Source: Leptospirales bacterium
Lineage (GTDB): Bacteria > Spirochaetota > Leptospiria > Turneriellales > JAOUFE01
DNA length: 64,000 nt
Direction of reading: 5' to 3'
Assembly: GCA_040326155.1 (NCBI GenBank)
Contig: JBEQLE010000014.1
Span: 1-64,000 of the forward strand
Shown: piece after piece, positions 50,801 to 61,127 of the stretch
Layout: each line of letters begins with the position of its first letter
Position numbering within the stretch: position 1 is the stretch's first letter
Translations under genes and position numbers: made by a program
Notes under the pieces: model-generated
The model's input: the letters and a program-made list of their open reading frames with translations, nothing else
Database searches by the model: none
Told to the model about the DNA's origin: nothing

Positions 50801-51406
50801 ATGAAAGTTTTGAAAAACACAATACGAATCATTTTGATATTTATATGTTTATGGACATTTACGAACTGCTCCAGTACACCGTTGGTGAAACCCTTGAAAA
50901 AAAAACAAGCTGCGGTAGGCTTTGACTTGGGGGCAAATCTTGACATCGGGATATCGCCAAATGCAAATATTTTAATTGCCCAAGGTGTCAGTGATCATGT
51001 TTCACTGTATGCACAGGTTAATATACCGAGTTTTGCTGCCCTTCTCTTTATGCCAGAAATAGGTGTTTTAATCGGTCTTCTTAAAGAAAATGGACCTGGT
51101 TTCGGTCTATCCATCACACCAAAAATTCATCTTGTTGTCAGTCCGTTTGGCGTTTTCGTGAACCCCGGTATGGATTTAAATTTGTATTGGACGCAGGAAA
51201 ATGGAAATTATTTCTATGCAGGCGTAAATTCATATCTAAAGTATTATAGCTATATTGGGTTAATACCACATATCGGGTATACTTTTACTCCAAAACAAAT
51301 GCGTATTGCTCTGGAAATGCAAGTAAACGTGGGAGTTGGACCCTATGGAGCAGTTGCAACTGGAGCAGCTTTGTATCTGTCTTTTACATGGCTAATTCAA
51401 AAATAA
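50801..51406 (+). CDS. Hypothetical lipoprotein / small beta-barrel-like protein
   Basis: FTNC lipobox; amphipathic beta strands. Confidence 0.65.
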   Translation: MKVLKNTIRIILIFICLWTFTNCSSTPLVKPLKKKQAAVGFDLGANLDIGISPNANILIAQGVSDHVSLYAQVNIPSFAALLFMPEIGVLIGLLKENGPGFGLSITPKIHLVVSPFGVFVNPGMDLNLYWTQENGNYFYAGVNSYLKYYSYIGLIPHIGYTFTPKQMRIALEMQVNVGVGPYGAVATGAALYLSFTWLIQK

Positions 51407-51417
51407 AAAAGATAGCT
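51362..51417 (+). repeat. 56-bp direct repeat, left copy (3' end of 50801-51406 gene)
   Basis: 51/56 identical to 57875-57930 by manual alignment. Confidence 0.85.
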
Positions 51418-51498
51418 GTTGATATTTTACAAACCTGAGTTACGCATAGTTGGAGATGAATGGCATATTAAAATATTAATTTTCCCCTGTAAAATTCT

Positions 51499-54400
51499 CT
51501 ATGGTTCATATATCCACTGTCCGCCGAAAATTCCACCAGAATCAAGGTCATACCACCCTGATTTTGCGGCGTGATTATGGTTGTGACATTTAAGCGAACA
51601 CGTTCCGTCGGTTCTGTTATAGTTTATTAAACCGTTGCTGGCGGTTGTCACATCGGCGGTTCCAAAGGTTATATTTTTCCACCGGTTTACATGTCGGTAG
51701 TTTGCATAATTAATTGTGTCGGAAACCAGATCATCGATGTTACTCGATGTAGTCGTATAATTATGACAATGCACGCATCCGTTTTCGTGTGTATTGCCAG
51801 TGTAATGGTCTTTTGAGCCGGTTGTATTATGCAAAGGCGCCCTGTTTACTCCCCCATTGTTGTGACAGGAAGTGCAGCTTAAAACAGATTTTGATGCGCC
51901 GCCCCATATCGGTGAGGATAAACCGCCGATGTCTGTTAAACTGCCTGTTAAATCCCAGCCATCGCTGTGGCAGTACATGTTGTTGCAACTGCCTTCCTGG
52001 TAGGCACCCGGAGTTCTGGTGGACGAAGCACCGGTGAATGTTGTATAAAAGTTAAAATCGCGAACACCATTTACATGTAGCGCAAAACTCGGAATTTTTA
52101 AACCCGACTCATAAGAACCACCAGTGCCGTTGCCTGTAGATAAAGTTGCATCGTAGGTTCCCTGGTGGCAAAAACCACAGGGATATCTATACCCGTTTCC
52201 AGCCGCGTTGCCGGCGTGTTTGTAATGACTTTCACCCGAGGCATGCCATTTTGTTGCATTGTTTGGTATACCCAGCCCCGCGTTGGCACCGGTGGTTTCT
52301 CCATGGCATGTTCCGCAGGCAGCGGTAGAACCCCAGACGGGAAGATTGGTTGTATTGCCTTCGGGCTGGGCCGTATTCCCGGACGAAGCAAAGTCTCCAT
52401 GGCAGTAAGTATTGGCGCAGGTGTGCGAGACGGTATTGTATGTTGCGACAGTTTGCGGACCCTGGTCCGCTATGGAATTGAAAATAATATCCCGTGAAAA
52501 ATTTACATGAGAGGCAATGTTTAATGTAATGGCCCCGCCTTCTGCGCCGGAAGCTATTCCGCTATGGCAGGTCTGGCAACTGTAATTGTAACCACCCGTA
52601 CCGTTTGTATTTGTATGTACGTCGTGACTTCCAAAATTTGAATTCGTCGGAGATAGATCGTGGCAATCGCCGCAGGCTCCCCCCGTGGTATTGTCCCAGT
52701 CAGAGACGTTCGCTAGGTTTCCCCCTGTAAAATTCCCATGGCAATAAGCGGATGAACAAGTGTGGTTACCATAATTATATACAGCGCTCGGGTTATTCGA
52801 ATCGGGAACAACCGTAAGCGAATTGTCGACATGGCCGGTATCGAGAGTTGCCGTGTCTCCGGAAAAGGTATCGGAATGGCATCGGCGGCAGGGAAAGTCG
52901 TATGTAGTCGTTCCGTTATTACCAATATGCCTCTGGTGAGCCCCCGTAGTTAAAGAAACGGATGTGGCGTCATGACAATCTCCACAGCTGACCGAACCAG
53001 GTCCCCCGCCCTGGGCCACCGTCCAGATGGGATCGTTATTGTTTGCTGAAGTGTTATGTGTAAAACTATTCCAATCACCGGCCCCCGAAGTATTTCCATG
53101 ACAATACAAATTAGAACACTGTTTTGTCCCGATATTAAAACTTCCGTTGGGATTGTTGGCGTTAAAACTTACCAGGTTGTCGGCTCCGCCAATATTTCCG
53201 TTCACATGGCCGGTTGTTGAACCATGGCAGGTTTCACAGGTATAAGAATATGGCGCACTTAAATGTTTTGGATGAGAATCGGTGGCAGGTGGCGCGTTTG
53301 TATGGCAATCGCCGCATTGGGCGGTTGTGTTATCCAGCCAGTCAGGAGATGAATTCAGCCCGGTTACCGAACCTTCAAAGTTACCGTGGCACCAGGAATT
53401 TGAGCATGAAGTGGAACCCGGCGTCCATGTCGTCATCTCTCCGGAAACTCTTGGAACCGAGTAACTGATATCACCGGTTACTGTGGCAAGTGAACCGGAC
53501 GTGTCGGGCGCTTTAAACGAGACGTCGGCGTTTACACCTGAATCGCTTATAGAAAGATTGGCATGATTAGACGTGTTGTATGAGCCTTGCGTGCTGGTAC
53601 TTCCAAACGTATGAACTGAGTCCGCTCCATAGTTATGGCAAGCGTCGCAACTTTCAATTCTGGTTGCATCGTTAAAATACGGACTTGAAGTTGCAGTGTG
53701 ATGCCCATGCGTGGGAGATGAATAATTATTCGCCGGGTTTCCGTGACAAGCGCCGCAGGGTGAGGTCGATGAACTTAACCATGTTGGATTATAACCGTTT
53801 CCCGTTATTGTATTTGGAGTTCCGTTTAATGTGACAGTCGGGAAATTTCCGTGGCAGTAGACATTAGAGCAGGTTTTCGTAAATGAATCGAAAGAAGGAA
53901 GACCGGCCGTATTTAACGGGTGGGTGTAACCAAAATTTACATCTTTAGCAAAATTTACATGGTTTACAGGGGCGCTGGATGTCGTATACCCCTGGTGACA
54001 ATTGCCACACTGTCCGGGGTATTTGCTTAAATGTTCTGAATGTTTAACACTGGTAACATTAACAGTGTGACAACTTCCGCACCAACCGCCATCGAGAGTC
54101 GATTCAGTAGAGCTTACTGTATCGGAATTTCCTTCTGCAAAATTTCCATGACAATATGTATTTGAACAATTTACCGCATTGTATTGACCCGTTCCCGAGT
54201 TAAACGCGCCGCCGGTGGCGCTTCCGGGAGAACCTCCCGTGTAATTAAAAGTTATATCGATTTTACCATCGGCATGGGTAGAAGTTCCCGTCCCGTGTCC
54301 GTCGTGGCATACTGTGCAGGATTCACTTTCTGTATAATTCAAGCCGGTAGAAGGGTTTACAACAGTTAAAAGCATGTCTACATGAGTGCCATGTTTCGTG

Positions 54401-55215
54401 TCGGGAGGCGTTGAGTCTGCCGGGTTTCCGGTACCGCCGGCGTCGCCATGACAAGACGAACTGGTGCAATTTACAACGCCACCCCAGGTTGCCGCTGCGC
54501 TGTTTCCACCCGAAAAATTACCATGGCAGGAGACATCACTGCATGTTCCCCCTGCATATGCAGCAGTCGGGTTATTCGCCGTTATAAAATTAATCATAGC
54601 GGGAGCAGATACGGGAGTATCGAGCCCTGCGTCAGCATGGTTAGGATCGGAGATATAACCGGAATGGCAGTCAAGACAACTTTTATCGGAATGTCCGGTG
54701 TGGCTTCCTGTTAAAAGGGGATCGGGGGCGTTAGGAAATACATTACCGGGTTTGTGACAAAAATTACACCCTGCCGAAGGGTTTGGATCGTACCAGTTGG
54801 CGTCGGAATGGCATGTGGAGTTACTGCACGAGGTGCTGGGCATATCCCAGGCTATTGTGGGATTATCGGTGTAATCGAAAAATACGACGTTATTACTGGT
54901 TTTACTGTTGTTTAAAAAACCGTTTTTGTGCAGTTCATTATCTTCATAACTATTATGGCAAAGGCCGCACTCTAATTTCATGTTTTTAACATGTTGAACA
55001 TGCTTTGGGTCGGACTCCGGATATTCACCATTGATGATCGTTGAGCTGTGGCAGGTTAAATTGCAACTGGAAGAGCTTGCACTCGGTGAGATTCGTAAAT
55101 TAGCGCAAGAGCGGGTAAACAGGGTTGCCATAAGAAAAATTATCGCAAACAGCGCCATTGAAGTATGGGAAAAATTCTCCTGAAGGTACTTGTATTTTTG
55201 CATTTTCCTGCTCAT
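51499..55215 (-). CDS. Giant multihaem c-type cytochrome (CxxxxCH/CxxCH repeat family), probably surface-exposed
   Basis: Manual count 18 CX2CH, 10 CX4CH, 2 CX3CH; N-terminal hydrophobic segment ending FTRSC. Confidence 0.92.
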   Translation of the reverse strand: MSRKMQKYKYLQENFSHTSMALFAIIFLMATLFTRSCANLRISPSASSSSCNLTCHSSTIINGEYPESDPKHVQHVKNMKLECGLCHNSYEDNELHKNGFLNNSKTSNNVVFFDYTDNPTIAWDMPSTSCSNSTCHSDANWYDPNPSAGCNFCHKPGNVFPNAPDPLLTGSHTGHSDKSCLDCHSGYISDPNHADAGLDTPVSAPAMINFITANNPTAAYAGGTCSDVSCHGNFSGGNSAAATWGGVVNCTSSSCHGDAGGTGNPADSTPPDTKHGTHVDMLLTVVNPSTGLNYTESESCTVCHDGHGTGTSTHADGKIDITFNYTGGSPGSATGGAFNSGTGQYNAVNCSNTYCHGNFAEGNSDTVSSTESTLDGGWCGSCHTVNVTSVKHSEHLSKYPGQCGNCHQGYTTSSAPVNHVNFAKDVNFGYTHPLNTAGLPSFDSFTKTCSNVYCHGNFPTVTLNGTPNTITGNGYNPTWLSSSTSPCGACHGNPANNYSSPTHGHHTATSSPYFNDATRIESCDACHNYGADSVHTFGSTSTQGSYNTSNHANLSISDSGVNADVSFKAPDTSGSLATVTGDISYSVPRVSGEMTTWTPGSTSCSNSWCHGNFEGSVTGLNSSPDWLDNTTAQCGDCHTNAPPATDSHPKHLSAPYSYTCETCHGSTTGHVNGNIGGADNLVSFNANNPNGSFNIGTKQCSNLYCHGNTSGAGDWNSFTHNTSANNNDPIWTVAQGGGPGSVSCGDCHDATSVSLTTGAHQRHIGNNGTTTYDFPCRRCHSDTFSGDTATLDTGHVDNSLTVVPDSNNPSAVYNYGNHTCSSAYCHGNFTGGNLANVSDWDNTTGGACGDCHDLSPTNSNFGSHDVHTNTNGTGGYNYSCQTCHSGIASGAEGGAITLNIASHVNFSRDIIFNSIADQGPQTVATYNTVSHTCANTYCHGDFASSGNTAQPEGNTTNLPVWGSTAACGTCHGETTGANAGLGIPNNATKWHASGESHYKHAGNAAGNGYRYPCGFCHQGTYDATLSTGNGTGGSYESGLKIPSFALHVNGVRDFNFYTTFTGASSTRTPGAYQEGSCNNMYCHSDGWDLTGSLTDIGGLSSPIWGGASKSVLSCTSCHNNGGVNRAPLHNTTGSKDHYTGNTHENGCVHCHNYTTTSSNIDDLVSDTINYANYRHVNRWKNITFGTADVTTASNGLINYNRTDGTCSLKCHNHNHAAKSGWYDLDSGGIFGGQWIYEP

Positions 55216-55250
55216 TTCTTTACCGATAAAATATACATATAATCATATAA

Positions 55251-56471
55251 TTACTTTTTTATGTGACAAAAATTACAATCGGTCTTTATATGACATGACC
55301 TGCATTGATTTACACCCATCCTCGCTCTTCTTGCATGAAAATTTTTCGATTGCTTATTAAGCCAACCGGTGGGGTGGGGCGATACAAGAATCGTGTTATT
55401 TCTTTGCGTTACCCCTTTTTCGATATGGCAGTTTGTACAATCGTTGTTGGAATGACAACTTTGACAATTTTTCATGGATACAATTGATTCAAATTTATGA
55501 GTCAATTCATAATTTGGATTATGGGTCGTTATCGGTTTTGACGTACCCTCATGGCAGCTCTGGCAAAAGTTTTCAGTGATATGGCAACTCATGCATTTTT
55601 TGCGATCTTTTGCCGCTTGCGTTTTATGTAATTTAGTCCAATTAAAATCATGGTTTGCCGGTCTCGGTACAGAATCGACATGACACAGGTCGCAACGGTC
55701 CGGGGCGGTAGAGCCATTATGACAGCCCGAACAAAATTGCATGGGCGGCACCATCTCTTTTGCTGTAAAACTATTATTGCTTTTAACGGCTGCATGACAG
55801 GTATCACAACTGAAGCCGAAATTTTTTATATGTTTGGAGTGATTAAATTCATACCTTTGCCGATATCTTTTCAGCTGAACAATTTTCGGGTATTGTTTTT
55901 GATGGCAATTCAGACATAATTTTTTCGATGGGATATCAGGGCCGAACGTTGTGGATTTACTTTCGCCAATTTTAGCGTGGCATAAGGAACATTCAAAATT
56001 CATCTTCTGGTGAGTTTTGTGAGGAAATTGCACTTTCGATTTATGGCATTTTGAACATGTAAAGGGTGCTACTTCATCGTTATGACACTGTTGACAGGTA
56101 TCCATTGCGGGGTATGCATTACCGGCATGATCATTCTTGTAAATATTCGAATGGCATTTTGAACACTCAAGGCCCATTCCGGTTGTATGCAGATTGTGAT
56201 TAAATTCAATATCCATTTTAATGGATGGTTTGGAAAATTTAATCGGCTTTAAAAAAGAAGGATCTTGGTGACACATTATACATGTTTTTGACTTATCGGG
56301 TAAATTGTTGTTTGCACTTTTAGTACTCTCCGGAATGGATGTATGGCACATTACACAATCAAGGCTGTCGTGTTTTTTATGAGAAAATTGAACTTTTGCC
56401 CGAGTATACAATAGTGCTGTAGCGACAAAAAGAAATATAAAAATAAATATGTATGTGGTTTTACGTTTCAA
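55251..56471 (-). CDS. Periplasmic 16-haem cytochrome c (c3/c7-like repeats)
   Basis: Signal peptide; 16 CX2CH by manual count; F.H..H distal-ligand motifs. Confidence 0.92.
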   Translation of the reverse strand: MKRKTTYIFIFIFLFVATALLYTRAKVQFSHKKHDSLDCVMCHTSIPESTKSANNNLPDKSKTCIMCHQDPSFLKPIKFSKPSIKMDIEFNHNLHTTGMGLECSKCHSNIYKNDHAGNAYPAMDTCQQCHNDEVAPFTCSKCHKSKVQFPHKTHQKMNFECSLCHAKIGESKSTTFGPDIPSKKLCLNCHQKQYPKIVQLKRYRQRYEFNHSKHIKNFGFSCDTCHAAVKSNNSFTAKEMVPPMQFCSGCHNGSTAPDRCDLCHVDSVPRPANHDFNWTKLHKTQAAKDRKKCMSCHITENFCQSCHEGTSKPITTHNPNYELTHKFESIVSMKNCQSCHSNNDCTNCHIEKGVTQRNNTILVSPHPTGWLNKQSKNFHARRARMGVNQCRSCHIKTDCNFCHIKK

Positions 56472-57775
56472 AATCGATACCGTCCTTTAATTAAACCTTT
56501 CACATTGTAAACATAACGGGGATTGCTATAATACTCAACTAAAAGAGTAGTATCGAATTTTTTTGAAAACCTTATTTCACCGCCCCCGCTCAGGAAATAA
56601 GCGGTTTTATAACCGGTGTGGTATTCATCAACATTATAATACTCCAGGCCTCCGCCAAGAATTAAAAATAGAAACTTTAAGTCTTTTGTTAACAATAACA
56701 TGTTTCGAAAACGGTTATCAAGCGGGCCGGTAATGTACTCCGTATCGAGACGGACTTTGAAACCGGCCAGCCGGTTATGAATGAGCGATAAAAAAACCGA
56801 ATGGCCGATCTCGCTTTTTTCCGGGGCGTAAAAAATTCCGCCATACCCGGCTTCGACTGAAAAATATTTTGAAAGAAGGTAGAGTAACTTTGCGCGCACC
56901 TCATTATTGGCAAGAGGGGGAAACATGGACCAGTAAGAATCCTGTAAAAACACGGGACGAAAATATTCGTGTTCTAGAAACAAGTGTAACGATTCGGTAA
57001 CAGATATTTGAAAACCCTCGAGAGTCTGGGCCGGCATTAAGTCGATTAAATCAAAAACTCCATAGGCATATGTTTTGAGAATTTTCAGATATGTAACAGT
57101 CTCCAGATCGGCAGAAAGGTAGTGCTCTGCCATTGCTGCGTTGTTTTGCCTGGCCTGCCATTCCAGGTTTAGAATAGCCACTTTTGGAAGTTTATAACTT
57201 ACATCTACGCCTTCAATGTAATCGCCTTCACGCTGAGGAAGAACCATATTTCGATAATCAAGACTGCTTAAAGAAGAAATCTCAGCTTCTTTAAGAATAT
57301 AATCATCGTTTAAAATGTAGCCCCCGTAAATATGGAAATCAAGATTTGCTTTTGGAATTTTAAATTCAAAGGATGCGCCGTCAAAGTAAGTTAATCCCAG
57401 GTTTTGAAAATCAATTAACCTGCCGATTCGCATACCAAAATTATCTGTAAATTGATATTCAAAGTAGCCATAAAACAATTGAACGTCGAGCGGATCCATA
57501 CCTTCAAATGAGTAGGTCTGGTAAGAAATCCTGGTATTTACATTAAAACTTCCTTTGTTTTTTTCCGGATCGTAGATTTTAGCATGGGCATTTTGATGAA
57601 ATATTCCGTTAAAATTCGATTTTGTAAAACCGGGATTTTCGGCGGAGGCTCCATAGAATGTTGTATCTAAACCACCACGCAAGACAGGTTTTGCCCACAG
57701 TATTCCCGTAGAGCCGATATATAAAACAGTTAAAACACCGACAAATAATATTTTATATATATTAAGCATGATCAT
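56468..57775 (-). CDS. Outer-membrane beta-barrel (cytochrome-associated porin candidate)
   Basis: Signal peptide, alternating aromatic strands, MRIGRL, FDGASF, C-terminal KGRYRF; 4-bp overlap with the cytochrome gene. Confidence 0.75.
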   Translation of the reverse strand: MIMLNIYKILFVGVLTVLYIGSTGILWAKPVLRGGLDTTFYGASAENPGFTKSNFNGIFHQNAHAKIYDPEKNKGSFNVNTRISYQTYSFEGMDPLDVQLFYGYFEYQFTDNFGMRIGRLIDFQNLGLTYFDGASFEFKIPKANLDFHIYGGYILNDDYILKEAEISSLSSLDYRNMVLPQREGDYIEGVDVSYKLPKVAILNLEWQARQNNAAMAEHYLSADLETVTYLKILKTYAYGVFDLIDLMPAQTLEGFQISVTESLHLFLEHEYFRPVFLQDSYWSMFPPLANNEVRAKLLYLLSKYFSVEAGYGGIFYAPEKSEIGHSVFLSLIHNRLAGFKVRLDTEYITGPLDNRFRNMLLLTKDLKFLFLILGGGLEYYNVDEYHTGYKTAYFLSGGGEIRFSKKFDTTLLVEYYSNPRYVYNVKGLIKGRYRF

Positions 57776-57874
57776 TATTTATTCAATATCCATGAATCTA
57801 TAACAAGCTGCCAGAGTACGAGTAAAACAGCAACACATTTTTTTAATTGGCTTGGCCGAGGCGCAGCTCTCTAC

Positions 57875-57930
57875 GGAGCAGATTTGTATCTGTCTGTTGG
57901 ATGGCTAATTCAAAAATAAAAAAGATAACT
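57875..57930 (+). repeat. 56-bp direct repeat, right copy
   Basis: ggagcagatttgtatctgtctgttggatggctaattcaaaaataaaaaagataact. Confidence 0.85.
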
Positions 57931-58060
57931 TATGTATTCTTGAAGGCGCGCTTTGGTGTTTAATTTAATAACTTCACCGTCTTTTCATTACCCTTATAAA
58001 ATAGAAGTATAGAATTGTTCTTGTCAAAGTAATACGATATGTCAATAAGCTATTGAAAGT

Positions 58061-59824
58061 ATGGATGGCAAAAATATTATTAAACTTGAAAAGCGTATTG
58101 AATCCATAGAAAAAGAACTTTTGCAAGTCAAATCTGACTTGCATAAAATAAAACCGGGTGTTGCCAAAGCCGATTTGCAGGGGACGGAATCTCGCTCCGA
58201 AGCAAAAGTAAGCCTGGCGGTTAAAGCTGGAAATCTATTTTCGACTACGGAAAATAGAAATAATTTGTTTCACAAAGTTGAAATATTTTTTGGAACGAAC
58301 CTGATTGGAAAACTTGGTTTTCTGGCAATTATACTCTCTTTTGCCTGGTTTATCAAATTGGCGATAGACAAACAATGGCTTAATGAGTCTGCGAGAGTTT
58401 ATATTGGCCTTATTAGTGGCTTTTCTGTTTTAATTACCGGTTTTTTATTTTCTAAAAAAATAAATTCAGCGTTGTCACAACTCAGCCTGGGAACCGGGTT
58501 TGCCATTTTATATCTAAGTATATTCGGGTCTTATTATTATTACAGCCTTCTTGGCTCGCAGGAAACTTTTTTATATCTCTTTTTCTTAATAGCTATTTCA
58601 TCTGCAATTTCCTTGATTGTATCGGGGGAGGTCTTGTATATAATAAGTCTAATTGGTGCTCTAGCTACTCCGGCATTATTGTCGACGGGTGAAAACTCTT
58701 ACCGGCTGTTATTTGCATATATTACTATTATAAATATTTTCTTCTTGTATATAAGCGTATATCGTCCCTGGCGTATTGCTCCGTTTTTTGTATTAGCAGG
58801 GAATTTCCTTGTTTTTTTTGCATGGGGATATACGAATATCGGGGAAAGTGCATTTGTTATTCCTTTTCTATTTGTAACCTCGGTTACCGGTATATTTTTA
58901 ATTCGACAGATTTTTTTACACCCGATGAAAGCAAGATCTTATAAAGTCGATAATGTTGTTTTAAGCGGCCTGAGCGTAGCGTTGTATTACTCGGCAAATA
59001 CATTTTTGTTTTATTATTTCCATACCGATGTTTTTTATCTCTTTTTAATGGGTTTTGCATTAAGTGTATCTTTATTTCAGTACGCACACCAGAAGAATGT
59101 TTTTAAAATTAATAACTTGCCCGATACGACTGTTGTTTACCGGACGTTGCTGATTATCGCATGGTTGAGTCTGGGGCTGGCGGCAATTTTTAATTTTTAT
59201 AATGGCCCCTGGATATTGGCGTTGTCCATATCGATTGTGGGAATAACACTTATTGGAACGGTGAAAATCGGTGTAAAGGGTTTTCCCCATGCAATTTTAC
59301 CTGTTTTAATAGTTATAATTTTACCCATCCTGATTTTTAATTATAATATATATCCGGATAGTCATATGGTTTTATGGAACAGCCGCGCCGCTTTAATGTG
59401 TTTAATGCTGCTTTATCTTTCCGTTGCATTTTACCTTGAACATAAAAAAGAGAAGCGCAAAAAATTTCTTTATATATCGTTAGCGACTGCCTGGACCATT
59501 GTTTTATTGTTTTCTTTTTTTACAGAGGTCAGTGATCTGTTTTCAGATCGCTTGTATCGCAATTTCGGATATTCGGTTGTAATGGTTGTTGCCAGCGCCG
59601 TTTTTTTCGGAATCGCTTTCATGAAAGAAAAGAGAGAGCTTCGAATAGCCGGTCTGGTTCTAGCCATTATTGTAATTGGAAAATTATATTTGTACGATGT
59701 CTGGATATTAAGTAAAGTCATCCGTATAGTATCGTTTTTCCTCTTGGGCGGAGCCATGATATTACTAAGTTTGTTTTACCATAAATATAAAGAAAGGTTA
59801 TCCGGTGAAAAGGAGACAACATAA
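58061..59824 (+). CDS. DUF2339 membrane protein
   Basis: N-terminal coiled coil, E.FFGTNLIGKLG, WFIKLAID..W, LRIAGL.L...IGKLYLYDVW, RIVSFFLLG. Confidence 0.88.
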   Translation: MDGKNIIKLEKRIESIEKELLQVKSDLHKIKPGVAKADLQGTESRSEAKVSLAVKAGNLFSTTENRNNLFHKVEIFFGTNLIGKLGFLAIILSFAWFIKLAIDKQWLNESARVYIGLISGFSVLITGFLFSKKINSALSQLSLGTGFAILYLSIFGSYYYYSLLGSQETFLYLFFLIAISSAISLIVSGEVLYIISLIGALATPALLSTGENSYRLLFAYITIINIFFLYISVYRPWRIAPFFVLAGNFLVFFAWGYTNIGESAFVIPFLFVTSVTGIFLIRQIFLHPMKARSYKVDNVVLSGLSVALYYSANTFLFYYFHTDVFYLFLMGFALSVSLFQYAHQKNVFKINNLPDTTVVYRTLLIIAWLSLGLAAIFNFYNGPWILALSISIVGITLIGTVKIGVKGFPHAILPVLIVIILPILIFNYNIYPDSHMVLWNSRAALMCLMLLYLSVAFYLEHKKEKRKKFLYISLATAWTIVLLFSFFTEVSDLFSDRLYRNFGYSVVMVVASAVFFGIAFMKEKRELRIAGLVLAIIVIGKLYLYDVWILSKVIRIVSFFLLGGAMILLSLFYHKYKERLSGEKETT

Positions 59825-59826
59825 TT

Positions 59827-61122
59827 ATGAAACATAATGGAAGAAAATTATTCTGCATTGTGGGTATTCTATTTTGGGCAACCATAAATTTACCCCTGGC
59901 GGCAAGTGAAGACGGTGTAAAAAATTTCGCGGCCAGTCACTATTTGTATTATAAAGATTTAACAGGTTTATTTAGAAAGCATATTGAATCGCCAAATGGA
60001 CCTGAATATGGAAAATTTTCGTTCGATCAAGAGTTAGTAAAATACAGCCTGGGCAATGATCTTCGAGTTGTTTTTAATGGAAAATCGTTGCCTTATTTTG
60101 TAAGGCTGAGCACCCGAAGTTACGAGAGTGACAAAAAAAAGTGGGTGAAAGTTATTTATTCTAAAAAAGAGAGATTTGGGTCCGTCTACGTTTTGGATTT
60201 AGGTAAACTTAAACCAGGCCAGTGTTATTATGAAATAAATTTGAAAGGTCCGGAATATTATGAAAGCGGAGTTTACTTACAAGCTTCTCATAATGCAAAA
60301 AACTGGACTTCACTCGGTAGCCGGAATATTTTTTCGTATAAAGGGGTAAAGACACAAAGCATCCGTTTAGGGTGTGTGCGCGAACAATATCTTCGAGTTT
60401 CTATTGATTCTGATTCTACATATAAGTTTATAAATGCATTTTATACCACTCCCGATTCTACCTTGAACTATCGTGCTGAAATCAATTTTGCCGACATCAA
60501 AACGGTAAACGATACGGACACTCAATCGATGGAGTATTATATCGAAAACGAGGGTAGAGCCCGCATAAACCAATTGAAGTTATTTTTCAGTGAAAGTAAT
60601 TATAAGAGGCAGTATACCATTCATAAAAAAGACGAATATACTAAGAAATATCGGGAGGTTATATTTGGCGATATTTCTGCCCGAAAAGGGGCCGCCGGCG
60701 AGCAGAAAATTGACCTGCCTAATTCTCTTTCGGGTGCGTTTAAAATTACTATATACTATGGTGATAACGATCCGTTGACAATGAGCAATCTGGAAGCGTA
60801 CGCTGCTCAAGAAGAGGTTGTTTTTGTTTTACCGCGCCCCGAGAATCTACCTGAAAACGGAATTGACACGTTTCGTTTGTACTATGGCAATGCATACGCC
60901 GCTAAACCGGAATACGATATTAACCAGAGTTTCGATGAAACCCTGAAAATTCTACCCATCAAGACTGCCTCACACATCGAAAATCCCGAATTTGGATATT
61001 CGATCGTCTACCCTCCGGTATCCACATGGATTATTAGAGGTATTTTTTATATAGGTACACTTCTTTTACTATTATTATCCATAAAAATCCTACGAAAATA
61101 TTTTGAACCAACGGATAAATAA
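59827..61122 (+). CDS. DUF3999-like exported protein with C-terminal TM anchor
   Basis: Signal peptide, DLRVV..G..LPY, I.YGDNDPL, LYYGN..A.KPEYD; typical DUF2339 partner. Confidence 0.7.
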   Translation: MKHNGRKLFCIVGILFWATINLPLAASEDGVKNFAASHYLYYKDLTGLFRKHIESPNGPEYGKFSFDQELVKYSLGNDLRVVFNGKSLPYFVRLSTRSYESDKKKWVKVIYSKKERFGSVYVLDLGKLKPGQCYYEINLKGPEYYESGVYLQASHNAKNWTSLGSRNIFSYKGVKTQSIRLGCVREQYLRVSIDSDSTYKFINAFYTTPDSTLNYRAEINFADIKTVNDTDTQSMEYYIENEGRARINQLKLFFSESNYKRQYTIHKKDEYTKKYREVIFGDISARKGAAGEQKIDLPNSLSGAFKITIYYGDNDPLTMSNLEAYAAQEEVVFVLPRPENLPENGIDTFRLYYGNAYAAKPEYDINQSFDETLKILPIKTASHIENPEFGYSIVYPPVSTWIIRGIFYIGTLLLLLLSIKILRKYFEPTDK

Positions 61123-61127
61123 TTATC

